NCBI GenBank assembly: GCA_964636085.1
Contig: CAZWPQ010000007.1
Span: 1-42,887 of the forward strand
Length of the DNA stretch: 42,887 nt
Source: an uncultured Nitrososphaerota archaeon
GTDB taxonomy: Archaea; Asgardarchaeota; Njordarchaeia; Njordarchaeales; Panguiarchaeaceae
Direction of reading: 5' to 3'
Under the pieces are notes generated by a model that was given only the letters and a program-made list of their open reading frames with translations, was not told the origin of the DNA and did no database searches. Below are positions 17,969-27,620 of the stretch, in pieces; position 1 is the first letter of the stretch, and every line of letters begins with the position of its first letter. The position numbers and the translations under genes were made by a program.

Positions 17969-19861
17969 TTAGTGTCGTCTAAACCAACGCTTTAATCTGG
18001 GGAACAACGCATATGCTATGGGTATTATGAGCGCAATAATTGCCAAGTAGAAGCCTATATAGAATCCCGATCCAAGCACGTCCCTTGTTGGTACAACAAA
18101 CATTATTGTATAGGCGTGAGGCAACAGAATAATCACCGCAGCATAGGCCAGATGTAGCCATCTTTCCCGAATTGAGTATAGGATCATCACCAAGAAAATG
18201 GCCGCTATTGACAGGACTTCCATGGGGCTCACAACAGGGATTTTGCCTTCGCACTGGAGCAATATTTTTATTCTCTCGAGGATCTCCCATATTGTTAGAT
18301 GTTTTCTACCGGCCATACTTATGGCTGGAGCATATATCGATGTTGTAGCAACCACCCAAGTTGAGAGTTGGATCTTTTTCTCCCTGATTTTGTTAAGGAC
18401 ATGCTCTTTTATTTCTCTTAGCGACATTTGATATGTTTTAAGGGAGACGTATAGTAGGATTATCCCCCCAACAATAATTGTTATTGGTAGGAACAATGGT
18501 TTTACTCCAAATGAGTATATGGGTGTCGCACAAAGTATTATTATTCTATCGCCCTCCTGTTTCCCAATAGCAACATACAGTGTGGCGGAGGGAGAATCGA
18601 TAATACTGAATTCTCCCCTGTATTCTCCCTCCTCAAGTCTCATTTCGCTGATTTTCCATTTAGAGAGAGCAGTACCATCACGATGTATTAGAAATACTTT
18701 ATTATCCAAAGCCACTGCTTGAGCCACTACACTGATTTTACTAGCCATGACGTAATTCTTTTTTGTTACTTCTACGGACAAGATTTTTGGGCGGGGCGCC
18801 CCGCTCAATATGCCATCTAGCCAGGACAATACACTATCCAAAACGACGTCTTCCCAGTAAGGATCTCCATAATGATTGCTATTGGGATATATTATTAATG
18901 TCTTCTCTGTGGTGTTGAAGGCATTAAAGGTGTCGTTGAACGCGACCAGATTAAAATACTCATCATTAGTTACTGCGATGTATAGAACAGGCTTTTCTAT
19001 TCTCTTAGCATATGCATACAAATCAAAAAACTTCATCGTGTTTTGTGCTTGGATAGACTCTATAGAAACATCCTTTGGGACTAATCCATTCGCAAACGAG
19101 CCACTATATATGGAATCCAAATAATTCCCCGCAGCAACTATGGGCATAATTGCGAATATCCTATCATCCACAGCTCCGGTAATTATTGTCATTAGCCCAC
19201 CCATGGATACACCACTAACGATTATAGTCTTTGAATCGACAAAACTTAGGGTGGTGGCGAATGTAATGGTTCTCATAACAGCATATGCCACATGGTAAAA
19301 ATACCCATACTCTGGACCATTAGTAGTATTGACAATATTTTCAGGATCATCACTTGGAAAATCTGTCGAATTTCCGGATGCTCCGGGAGCGTCGAGAGCT
19401 AAAACAACGTATCCCTCCTTTGCCAACTCTTTCATATGATCTTTAAAGACTGTCCAATTGCCCCCATAGCCATGGATAAGAACAATACACGGTTTTGGTG
19501 TTGGATTCCCGTTATACGTTAGAACTACATGTATCATAATGTCCTTTCCTCCATACCTCTCGCTGAGTATGTAGTAGTGTGTCTCGTTTAGTAGGACGCC
19601 CTCATAACTTATAAGCCTTGTCTTATTTATCTCTGGATTTAGCGAGGTCGCATCCTTTATATCGTCCATAACTTCATACCAGTAATCTATGTAGGATTCG
19701 CTGGGAGGATTCGAATATCTTTTAGGTAGATTTAGATACAGGTTGAAAATACCGTAAAGTGTCGAGAATACAACAATATAGAGAATTAGTGGTATAGCAA
19801 ACTTGCACAATATCTCCCTCCTCTTAGTGGCCATACATATCCCCCGAAAAATCATAATCAA
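17969..19861 (-). CDS. Membrane-bound alpha/beta hydrolase (acetylxylan esterase/peptidase-like)
   Basis: LIHGYGG, nucleophile elbow GVSMGG, NDEYF (Asp), PNSNH (His). One N-terminal TM and several C-terminal TMs. Confidence 0.85.
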   Translation of the reverse strand: MIMIFRGICMATKRREILCKFAIPLILYIVVFSTLYGIFNLYLNLPKRYSNPPSESYIDYWYEVMDDIKDATSLNPEINKTRLISYEGVLLNETHYYILSERYGGKDIMIHVVLTYNGNPTPKPCIVLIHGYGGNWTVFKDHMKELAKEGYVVLALDAPGASGNSTDFPSDDPENIVNTTNGPEYGYFYHVAYAVMRTITFATTLSFVDSKTIIVSGVSMGGLMTIITGAVDDRIFAIMPIVAAGNYLDSIYSGSFANGLVPKDVSIESIQAQNTMKFFDLYAYAKRIEKPVLYIAVTNDEYFNLVAFNDTFNAFNTTEKTLIIYPNSNHYGDPYWEDVVLDSVLSWLDGILSGAPRPKILSVEVTKKNYVMASKISVVAQAVALDNKVFLIHRDGTALSKWKISEMRLEEGEYRGEFSIIDSPSATLYVAIGKQEGDRIIILCATPIYSFGVKPLFLPITIIVGGIILLYVSLKTYQMSLREIKEHVLNKIREKKIQLSTWVVATTSIYAPAISMAGRKHLTIWEILERIKILLQCEGKIPVVSPMEVLSIAAIFLVMILYSIRERWLHLAYAAVIILLPHAYTIMFVVPTRDVLGSGFYIGFYLAIIALIIPIAYALFPRLKRWFRRH

Positions 19862-19902
19862 CTAATAACAATACATTTTTTTCTAATATACGGAGTGATA
19901 GA

Positions 19903-20664
19903 ATGATCACATTATTCGTGGGTACTAGTGGTTGGAATTACTTCTGGAACAAGGGAAGAAGTCTTAAGTGGTATATTCAAAATACAAGATTCAATGCAGT
20001 AGAATTGAATATGTCCTTCTACAGATTTCCATACCCCAGCCTTCCTAAGCACTGGGCTAAGATTGGTTCGAAGCTTTCTTGGTCCATAAAAGTCAATCAA
20101 TTAATAACGCACCGAATGAGGTTTAGTCCTAAGTCTCTAAAGACATGGAGTCGATTTAGGCAGTTATTTAGACCTATGGAAGAGAGAGGACTCATAAAAT
20201 TTTATCTATTTCAGTGTCCCCCATCATTAAAACCAACATCCAAAACCCTGGAGAACCTCGAGAATTTCATAGCAAATGCAGACTTGGGGGAGTCATTCGC
20301 AATAGAATTTAGAAACGAGGCTTGGTTTGCTCCTAAATGGGAGCAATGGGGGCGAAAGATGGGGGTAACATTGGTCTCCGTGGATGCCCCAGAGTTCCGG
20401 AACAAAATTTTTAGATCCTCAAGTAGGATTTATGTCCGTATACATGGAAGAACGGTTTGGTACCATCATCTGTATACAGAGAACGAAATTATTGAAATCT
20501 ATAGGGCTATCATCAACAAAGTAGAGGGGGTCAAGGAGTTATACTTTTTTCTCAATAATAACCACGGCATGCTTCCCACGGGAACACTTATCCTGAATAC
20601 AATCAAAAAATACTTGAAGAGAGTAGAGTATGTTAAAACGGAAATATACACATTAGACAATTAG
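19903..20664 (+). CDS. DUF72 (YecE-like) TIM-barrel protein
   Basis: VGTSGW, AVELNMSFYRFP, ITH, FQCPPS, IEFRN, YVRIHG, FLNN motifs. Confidence 0.93.
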   Translation: MITLFVGTSGWNYFWNKGRSLKWYIQNTRFNAVELNMSFYRFPYPSLPKHWAKIGSKLSWSIKVNQLITHRMRFSPKSLKTWSRFRQLFRPMEERGLIKFYLFQCPPSLKPTSKTLENLENFIANADLGESFAIEFRNEAWFAPKWEQWGRKMGVTLVSVDAPEFRNKIFRSSSRIYVRIHGRTVWYHHLYTENEIIEIYRAIINKVEGVKELYFFLNNNHGMLPTGTLILNTIKKYLKRVEYVKTEIYTLDN

Positions 20665-20778
20665 ATATCTAGGGAGTTGTGGACTATATCCACACGATAC
20701 AAGTGCATATGTACATGGCTAAGACCATGGAAAACTCCCAAGTGATGCTTGATTTTGATTTTATTTTTCTTCAAAGTG

Positions 20779-21267
20779 TTAGCATCTTTGTTTACAAGTC
20801 TCTTTTAGTTTTCTTAGGTATTTGTCCAATAAGTTCTTTTCATCGTCTGAAAGCAATCCGCGTACTTCGATTTTTCCTTCCTTCGTTAGGTCGGTATCTA
20901 TCGAATATATTACTGAAATTCCATACTTCTTTGCTAGTGCTAGAATGTATCCATCCCAACTTTCTATCCCTAGTTTCGATGCTATTTCTAGGCTTCTTAA
21001 GATAATCGCATGATTCATATCAACAATCCACCTTATCTTTCTAGACTCCATGAATGTTTTGAGTATATCTAGTGCATCAGAGGGCTTTACTTTAAATCTC
21101 GTTGTCAATACGTGATACGTGCCAAGGATAACTGTGTATGGTATGTAGGCCCTTATCTCTCCTCTGACGCATTTCTCTATTATCCCTAGATACTTCTGCC
21201 TTATGGGGTTATTCTTTTCGAGCGCAAGTACTAGTACTCCGACATCAATTAATGCCTTCTGAACCAT
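20779..21267 (-). CDS. vapC: PIN-domain VapC-like toxin
   Basis: ALIDVGV at the N-terminus, SWDGYILALA, IYSIDTD acidic PIN residues; overlaps the upstream antitoxin gene. Confidence 0.88.
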   Translation of the reverse strand: MVQKALIDVGVLVLALEKNNPIRQKYLGIIEKCVRGEIRAYIPYTVILGTYHVLTTRFKVKPSDALDILKTFMESRKIRWIVDMNHAIILRSLEIASKLGIESWDGYILALAKKYGISVIYSIDTDLTKEGKIEVRGLLSDDEKNLLDKYLRKLKETCKQRC

Positions 21268-21521
21268 TCCTTACAACTCTTAATAATGTCGTCCACGCCC
21301 TCTCCATCAAAACCCTTGGCCTCTACTCCATCCCTCAGTTTTTTGATGATTTCTTCTTCATCTACGACTCTTTTAATAAGCAGTTCCCCCTCTTCAAGAA
21401 TAGTAATCGAAACTGGATCTCCCTCGGACATGCCAACATCTGGGGGCAGTGGAATGGCAACGTGGTTCTTGTCCTTGAGCCTAATTACTCTGACGACATA
21501 ACTACCCAATGGAATCACCAA
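21249..21521 (-). CDS. AbrB/MazE-type antitoxin
   Basis: VAIPLPPDVGMSEGDPVSITILEEGELLIKR swapped-hairpin pattern; 19-bp overlap with the PIN gene. Confidence 0.78.
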   Translation of the reverse strand: MVIPLGSYVVRVIRLKDKNHVAIPLPPDVGMSEGDPVSITILEEGELLIKRVVDEEEIIKKLRDGVEAKGFDGEGVDDIIKSCKEWFRRH

Positions 21522-21855
21522 TAATATAAAAGGTAATTTCTCAAGATTTAATATTATTGCTGTTTGCTGTTGGATTTACCTACATGATTTAAAACAATTG
21601 CATTTGCAGTTATGTAGGTGGGTTAGGGCGTCTAAATGCAAAATCATGGACACTAGATGATTAAAGATCTAAGGAATTGTGGGCTATATCAATACGATAT
21701 GAGTGTATATGTATATGTATATGCATGAGATCTAGTGAAGCATTAGGGGAGTAACTATACTTCTCTTATAGCTGATTTTTAGCGTAAAAGATGACGCAAT
21801 AGAAGAATAGTACCTGGTTTTATTAATTCCTTCCCATTTTTATCCCTCAAATCGA

Positions 21856-23136
21856 TCATAATAATGATTCGAATATAGAGGCGATTATATAGTCGATTAG
21901 ATTATTTATTTCTTCTTTCTTCAGACGTCTGTAATGTATACCATATCTGTCTACCTTGAAAAATGTATTCATGTCTATCCCCAGGTATATTCCCCCAGTT
22001 ATCTCGGTGGCCTTCATTAGTAGTTTTGTAGGGGAAATGAATATTCTGCTGTACCATTCTGTTATGTGCCATGGATTGATAGCGATTATTCTTACTCGAT
22101 TTTGAGCCAATAGTTTTGCCACTGCAAATACGTCTGCTTGGGCTTCCGAATAGATTTTTTTCCTTAGCTCCAGATTTATTGGTTTATCGAGAGGAATATT
22201 TGCTAGACCATCCGATATCAGCAGTATCCTTGGGATAGCATCGGGGTTCTTTATTTTCTGGGATATTATTAGTCTATGCGCTACCAATAACCCTTTTGAT
22301 AGGGGAGTTTTACCAGAGAATTCCACATTCATTAGGCCTCTGATCACCTTATTTATGTTCGAGGTTGGATATGTGAGCACACGTGCCTCTGTGCCATAGC
22401 ACGTAACTAACCCCAATAGACTTCTCATCTTCCAGGCAATTTTATGAAATTTGAGGAGTAATCTTACAATCATGGGTATGAATGGTCTCATGCTATCGCT
22501 GGCATCAAGTAGCACTATAAGCATAAGCCTACGCTTCCCAGCCCTTATCTTCGTTTTTATATCTTCTATATCTATTTTCATTTCGCCATGGCCTCGCTTT
22601 ATCGCCGATAATATTGTCGGTATTAGTGCTATGTCGTAATACTCTCTAGAGTAATTTCTATATGTCACATAGTAGCCCCTCCTGCCATAGGCTATTGCTC
22701 CTCTCACACCATAATAGCTTCCATTAGCCCATATTCGGGTAATAGCCCCAGAATAGTATCCCGAAACTTGAGTAACCTCATCGCATTTAATCGCTGTTAT
22801 TTTGTCCAGCCTTAAGGGACTGGGCTTGGGGAACATAGTCTTTGTTAGCGGAATTTTTGCTAGACCAAAAGTTTTGCTCTTAGTTTTTGAATATGATGAG
22901 TATTCCAGATCAGCATCCTTCGCATGCTCGGATCTATATGGCCTAACGAATTTTAGTGGGGCTAAGAGTCTTAATTTTACGAGCGTTGACAGCATCCTTC
23001 TCTTTAGTTTTCTCTTAGATAGCTCCTTAGCTCTCCTGGACGCGTCCCTCTCAACATACTCAAATTTATCCGATTTCTTTGGCAGTCCGGCTGCTGGGCC
23101 CTCCTCCACGTATTTATCAGCGAAAAAATTGCTCAT
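21856..23136 (-). CDS. vWA-domain protein, ChlD/CobT C-terminal-like
   Basis: MIDAS motif LLDASDSM, GKTPLSKGL, LLISDGLANIPL; DIALIPTILSA resembles the ChlD linker. Confidence 0.88.
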   Translation of the reverse strand: MSNFFADKYVEEGPAAGLPKKSDKFEYVERDASRRAKELSKRKLKRRMLSTLVKLRLLAPLKFVRPYRSEHAKDADLEYSSYSKTKSKTFGLAKIPLTKTMFPKPSPLRLDKITAIKCDEVTQVSGYYSGAITRIWANGSYYGVRGAIAYGRRGYYVTYRNYSREYYDIALIPTILSAIKRGHGEMKIDIEDIKTKIRAGKRRLMLIVLLDASDSMRPFIPMIVRLLLKFHKIAWKMRSLLGLVTCYGTEARVLTYPTSNINKVIRGLMNVEFSGKTPLSKGLLVAHRLIISQKIKNPDAIPRILLISDGLANIPLDKPINLELRKKIYSEAQADVFAVAKLLAQNRVRIIAINPWHITEWYSRIFISPTKLLMKATEITGGIYLGIDMNTFFKVDRYGIHYRRLKKEEINNLIDYIIASIFESLL

Positions 23137-24307
23137 GTTTTATGCTGACTTTCTGTTTCATTTCTGTAGCAATAAAACGTTTGAGTATTGACTCCATATA
23201 ATCGGAAGCCCTCCTACCCTTTAGGTTTATTTTTATCTTAAACTTTGTCCTTACCTTCTTTACGCTTCTCATAAAGGCCTCATGTATCTCTTCTAAGGAT
23301 GGTGGCTCTAGGAGCCCTCCCTTCCTTGTTCGGTGTATGAGCGCCATAAAAGCTGCTAACCGCACGTCGTCTGGTTCTACCATAGCCCTCCCCTCAAGAG
23401 CGGCGAGAGCCATTGCTGTCTGCATTATTACGATATCTGGTCTATGCCCATCTACCTCCAATTCCGTACATAGACTCGCTATTAGGTGAATAATATATTC
23501 TGGGACTTCTATGCTTCTTAGGATCTTCCTCCCATACTCAATCCTCTTTCTTAGCATCTCTTGTTTTTCCCTAAATTTTTCCATAAATCCCTGCGGATCC
23601 TGACTGAACTGTATGTTTCTTTTAACTATCTCCACCCTCAAGTCTGGATCCTTCAGCCCCTTTACATCCACACATAATGGCAAACGGTCTAAAAGCTGTG
23701 GTCTTATGTCCCCCTCCTCTGGGTTCATTGTTCCTATAAGTATAAATTTTGCTGGATGAAAAACACTGACATTTTCTCTCTCAACATAATTCCATCCCAT
23801 TGCTGCGGCGTCCAGTATTAGATCGGCAATGTGATCTGGCAACAGATTAATTTCATCTATATACAGGATATTCCTGTTCGCTCGGGCTAAAATTCCGGGT
23901 TGGAAGGCCCTTATTCCCTCCTTTAGAACTTTCTCTATGTCTATTGTGCCTACTACCATTTCCTCCGTTGCACCAATGGGTAAGTTAACAATTCTCATAT
24001 TAACTTTTTTTATGGGTAATTTTTCGCCATTCTCTAACCTTTTTCTACATGTCGGACACATATTGGTTATATTATGGGGGTCGCATCTGAACGGGCAATC
24101 CGCCACGACTTCTATTGGGGGCAGTATATCCGCTAAGGCTCTAACAATCACACTTTTGCCAGACCCTTTCTCCCCTCTTATTAGAATACCGCCTATGTTT
24201 GGGTTTACGGCAATTGCCAACAATGCCAACTTGAGTAGATCTTGATCCACAAATGCCGAGAAGGGCAAAACTGGGACTTTTGATTCGTACTCCTCCATGC
24301 ATCTCAC
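23117..24307 (-). CDS. ChlI/BchI-like AAA+ ATPase (chelatase subunit I family)
   Basis: PFSAFVDQ, GEKGSGKS, LPIGATEEMVVG, PGILARANRNILYIDEINLL, TMNPEEG, QLLDR, DGHRPD. Confidence 0.93.
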   Translation of the reverse strand: MRCMEEYESKVPVLPFSAFVDQDLLKLALLAIAVNPNIGGILIRGEKGSGKSVIVRALADILPPIEVVADCPFRCDPHNITNMCPTCRKRLENGEKLPIKKVNMRIVNLPIGATEEMVVGTIDIEKVLKEGIRAFQPGILARANRNILYIDEINLLPDHIADLILDAAAMGWNYVERENVSVFHPAKFILIGTMNPEEGDIRPQLLDRLPLCVDVKGLKDPDLRVEIVKRNIQFSQDPQGFMEKFREKQEMLRKRIEYGRKILRSIEVPEYIIHLIASLCTELEVDGHRPDIVIMQTAMALAALEGRAMVEPDDVRLAAFMALIHRTRKGGLLEPPSLEEIHEAFMRSVKKVRTKFKIKINLKGRRASDYMESILKRFIATEMKQKVSIKHEQFFR

Positions 24308-24340
24308 GATACTATTGAAAATCCAATAAAAATAAGGCGA

Positions 24341-25123
24341 TTATCCAAATTTAAAGAAGAGTTGCATGTCTTTAATCTTGTCTATAATTAGATAAATGTA
24401 GTCCACAACTTCAATCCCCACTATTGCTATGATTAATAGGATCAGTTTTATGGCTAACTGAATGATACTATACGCTGTAACCTTGGGTCGCCTCAAATAG
24501 GTTCTCTTTTTAGCGACTCCATAGTACTTCGCGGCTAATGCCTCACCCAAACACTCTGCTCTTAATATCGCCATCGAGACTACTAATGCTAGGAGGCTTG
24601 TTATTCCTCTAGGGAAAATTGATGGTCGAAGCTCTTTTCTTAACACCAGCGCTTCTGAGGCCTCCAGGGCGTCTTTCGATAGCAATGGTATTGTCCTTAG
24701 TGCTAGTTGCGTGGGTAGAAGTATTCCTTGTGGGACTCGTATTTTCTCTAATGAGTACATTAGATCAGTATAGTTTGTAGATAATATGAATGCGAATATC
24801 GTTATGGTTCCGGCAAATATTTTCGCAAGGATTATTATCGCTCTAAGTGGTTCGTATAATATGAATAGCAATAAGGATATTGTGAAAATAAACCATCTCA
24901 TGCTGTATATGAATGATGTTATATTTCTGATTATCCTGCCCACAAAACATTCAAGGGTTATATATATCAATGCAGTAATTATCAGCCCCAAGTCATTGGA
25001 TAGGGCTATGACAAAAAACAAAAGCACGGTACCAATTAATTTTAATAATGGATGAGACCTATGCAGAGGCGTATCCTTGCGTTCGGTCATAAAGGCATTA
25101 GCAAAGGATTTTAGGTCGAGCAA
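24341..25123 (-). CDS. ecfT: ECF transporter transmembrane component T
   Basis: LHRSHPLLKL, LALRTIPLL, conserved coupling-helix region, KRTYL; located in the ECF operon. Confidence 0.88.
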   Translation of the reverse strand: MLDLKSFANAFMTERKDTPLHRSHPLLKLIGTVLLFFVIALSNDLGLIITALIYITLECFVGRIIRNITSFIYSMRWFIFTISLLLFILYEPLRAIIILAKIFAGTITIFAFILSTNYTDLMYSLEKIRVPQGILLPTQLALRTIPLLSKDALEASEALVLRKELRPSIFPRGITSLLALVVSMAILRAECLGEALAAKYYGVAKKRTYLRRPKVTAYSIIQLAIKLILLIIAIVGIEVVDYIYLIIDKIKDMQLFFKFG

Positions 25124-25887
25124 AAGTATCCCCTTAGGGCCCTATATAGGTCATAGGGACTAATTATTTTGTGGAACCTGTATAAACTATTGTTATTAAT
25201 CTCCCGTAAGAAATCAATAATCTGAGTCCTAAATCCAAGCCTCCCATAATCGTATAATACTTCAGCTGGTGCTCCGGCCGCTTCTATTTTCCCGTTTCTA
25301 AGAAGTATTAGTGTATCTACATCATAGACTATCCTTAGGTCATTTGTTGCAATAAAAATGATTTTATCCTTGGAGGCTATCCTGAGCATATTCATCATTT
25401 TTGTTCTAAAACTCTTATCCAAACCCACGGATGGCTCGTCCAATAATATTAGCCTGGTATTCATTAATAGTGCTGATGCTATAGCTACTACCCGCTTTTG
25501 GCCTTCACTTAGTTCAATTATTCTCTTATCCAACAATTCATGTAATCCGCAACCATCTATAATACTCTGCGATTCCCCACCACTTATCCTTAGGATCTTA
25601 TCAAAATCATCCCTCACCCTTGGCCCGACCAAGAACATGTGCGGATTTGATGGAACATATATACATAGCCCCACCGAGTCCTTTATGCTTCTTATCTTCT
25701 TGCCGAAAATCTCGACAATACCCCTACTGGGTTTTAAAGCGCCAGCTATAATTCTTATTAATGTCGTTTTTCCCGATCCATTAGGGCCAATAATACAATG
25801 GACACCATATCCAAGGCTTAGAGATATGCCTTTCAATACCCAATCTCCAGTTCCATACCTAAACCATATGTCTTTTAGTAATAGCAT
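25111..25887 (-). CDS. ecfA2: ECF transporter ATPase A'
   Basis: GPNGSGKT, LSEGQ signature, LLDEP. Confidence 0.9.
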   Translation of the reverse strand: MLLLKDIWFRYGTGDWVLKGISLSLGYGVHCIIGPNGSGKTTLIRIIAGALKPSRGIVEIFGKKIRSIKDSVGLCIYVPSNPHMFLVGPRVRDDFDKILRISGGESQSIIDGCGLHELLDKRIIELSEGQKRVVAIASALLMNTRLILLDEPSVGLDKSFRTKMMNMLRIASKDKIIFIATNDLRIVYDVDTLILLRNGKIEAAGAPAEVLYDYGRLGFRTQIIDFLREINNNSLYRFHKIISPYDLYRALRGYFCST

Positions 25888-26683
25888 CCATAAACACCTT
25901 TAATGCCTCATCCACAGATATTGGAATCCTATCCACACATCCATTGCGGTATAGCATAGAGAACGCCTCAGAGATCTCTGGTATATCTATTTCGATTAGA
26001 CTATATATTGCCTCTCTAGGTGGGGCATCAGCGACTATTCTACCCTCATCAATCAATATCACCCTATCAGACAGATAGATTAGGTGGTCTAGGTGATGTT
26101 CAAAAACTATGACCAGCCTACCGTCGTTAGCGATTTCTCTTAATATTTTAGATATCTTCATTGAGTTAACATAATCTAGTCTTGCTAAAGGTTCATCAAG
26201 AAGTAGTATTTTGGCACCAGAAACTAGGGCCGTGGCTATAGATACTAGCTGGAGTTGCCCAGAGCTAAGAGCAAGAACATTCTTATCCAATAAATTATGG
26301 ATTCCTAATCTAGCCACAATCCTTTTTAGTCTCTCTGTAATCTCTATTCTCTCCTCACCAATGTTGCATGCAATAGAGACTATCTCATCATCAACATATA
26401 ACGATGTAACATACATCTCTGGGTTCTGGGGTACATATACTAGTTTGCCAGCCAATGCAGATATCCCCTGTGTTATGGGGCTTACTCCTAGGACATCAAT
26501 AATTCCACGAACTTCCGCATGTATTATGTGGGGTATTATACCCGCAATCGTCCTAGCCAATGTTGTCTTTCCACTGCCCGTCTTCCCAGCCACTACCACT
26601 AGGCCCCTATCTATATCTAGACTGATATCTCTAATAACATCAATGTTCTTATACTTTACCCACAAGTTCTCTATATTTATCAA
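25859..26683 (-). CDS. ecfA1: ECF transporter ATPase A
   Basis: GKTGSGKT, PQNP, LSSGQ, LLDEP, FEH. The likely start is TTG 26683 (the ORF track gives 26713). Confidence 0.9.
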   Translation of the reverse strand: MINIENLWVKYKNIDVIRDISLDIDRGLVVVAGKTGSGKTTLARTIAGIIPHIIHAEVRGIIDVLGVSPITQGISALAGKLVYVPQNPEMYVTSLYVDDEIVSIACNIGEERIEITERLKRIVARLGIHNLLDKNVLALSSGQLQLVSIATALVSGAKILLLDEPLARLDYVNSMKISKILREIANDGRLVIVFEHHLDHLIYLSDRVILIDEGRIVADAPPREAIYSLIEIDIPEISEAFSMLYRNGCVDRIPISVDEALKVFMDAITKRHMV

Positions 26684-27476
26684 GAGCACCCATCTCTTCC
26701 AGCTTTCTAACAACAGGTATGCTCAATGCAATACCAATTATGGATTGTAGGAAATTTGGGAGCACCTCTATCAAGGCGATTTCCCCACCTAGCACGAGTG
26801 TCTCGTATAGAAAGTACCCAAACACCATAACCACGCCGCCTACAAGACATGAAAAAATCATTAGATACATCTCCTTCTCTACTAGGAGCAGGAAAATTAT
26901 AAAGAAACCTAAAACCACCACAAACAAAACCAGATATATAAAATTCATGTGAAACCCAATTGACCTTCCAAGTGGTTCTAACTCCAGACTTATCTCTATT
27001 TCTCCGACCCTAAAACCAAAGTAATATGTCACATACCCCACAGCACCCACTATTAAGGCTACTAGTATAGACACATAATATTTCCAAGCAACATTCCTTT
27101 GTAGCCCCACATTTGGAGCGTCTATATGCCCACCGTCACCGCTTCCATGACCACTTTGGTATATCTTGCTTCTTATGGAATGATATATGTACCCGGTTAT
27201 GAACCCCTCAGCCCCCTTTATGGTTAGTGTCCCTGGAGCATAATATGCATAGCCGAGTACTATATCCGCAAGTGCAGAGCCTATACCCCCCGCTATGCAT
27301 CCCACAATGGGGCCAGCTATTAGTGCAGATAAATAAACTCCAGCCTCTCCAACATTCCAGAAACCCCTTGTCGCCGGAATACTTATCGCAATTATAACGG
27401 TAAAAACAAAGACTATACTAATAAAAATCGCTATAACCGCATACTTGAAGTAATCGATCTCCAAATTTATCACCAT
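26649..27476 (-). CDS. ECF transporter S component with an internal insertion
   Basis: IPATRGFWNVGEAGVY, GGIGSALAD, YAPGTLTIKGAEG and MVFGYFLYE...PNFLQ are S-component motifs; about 90 extra residues lie in the middle. Confidence 0.88.
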   Translation of the reverse strand: MVINLEIDYFKYAVIAIFISIVFVFTVIIAISIPATRGFWNVGEAGVYLSALIAGPIVGCIAGGIGSALADIVLGYAYYAPGTLTIKGAEGFITGYIYHSIRSKIYQSGHGSGDGGHIDAPNVGLQRNVAWKYYVSILVALIVGAVGYVTYYFGFRVGEIEISLELEPLGRSIGFHMNFIYLVLFVVVLGFFIIFLLLVEKEMYLMIFSCLVGGVVMVFGYFLYETLVLGGEIALIEVLPNFLQSIIGIALSIPVVRKLEEMGALDKYRELVGKV

Positions 27477-27489
27477 GAAAGAATATTTT

Positions 27490-27555
27490 TCGTCTCATTA
27501 GACGATTTAATATATAGGAATGTACCGATATATCGGTTATTACCGATATATATCG
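27490..27555 (-). promoter_or_regulatory. Promoter of the ECF operon with palindromic operator-like sites
   Basis: TATA-like TATATTAAA on the minus strand about 30 nt upstream of ATG 27476. Palindromes ACCGATATATCGGT (27524-27537), CGATATATATCG (27544-27555) and TCGTCT-N4-AGACGA (27490-27505). Confidence 0.6.
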
Positions 27556-27620
27556 CATGAGAAAAAGAAGTATGAAATGAAATAGAACGCATGTTAGGAA
27601 GTGCTATGGATAGCATTTGC

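Noticed and set aside
21704-21723. (GTATAT)3 microsatellite
   Set aside because: Short, intergenic, and no evident functional position.
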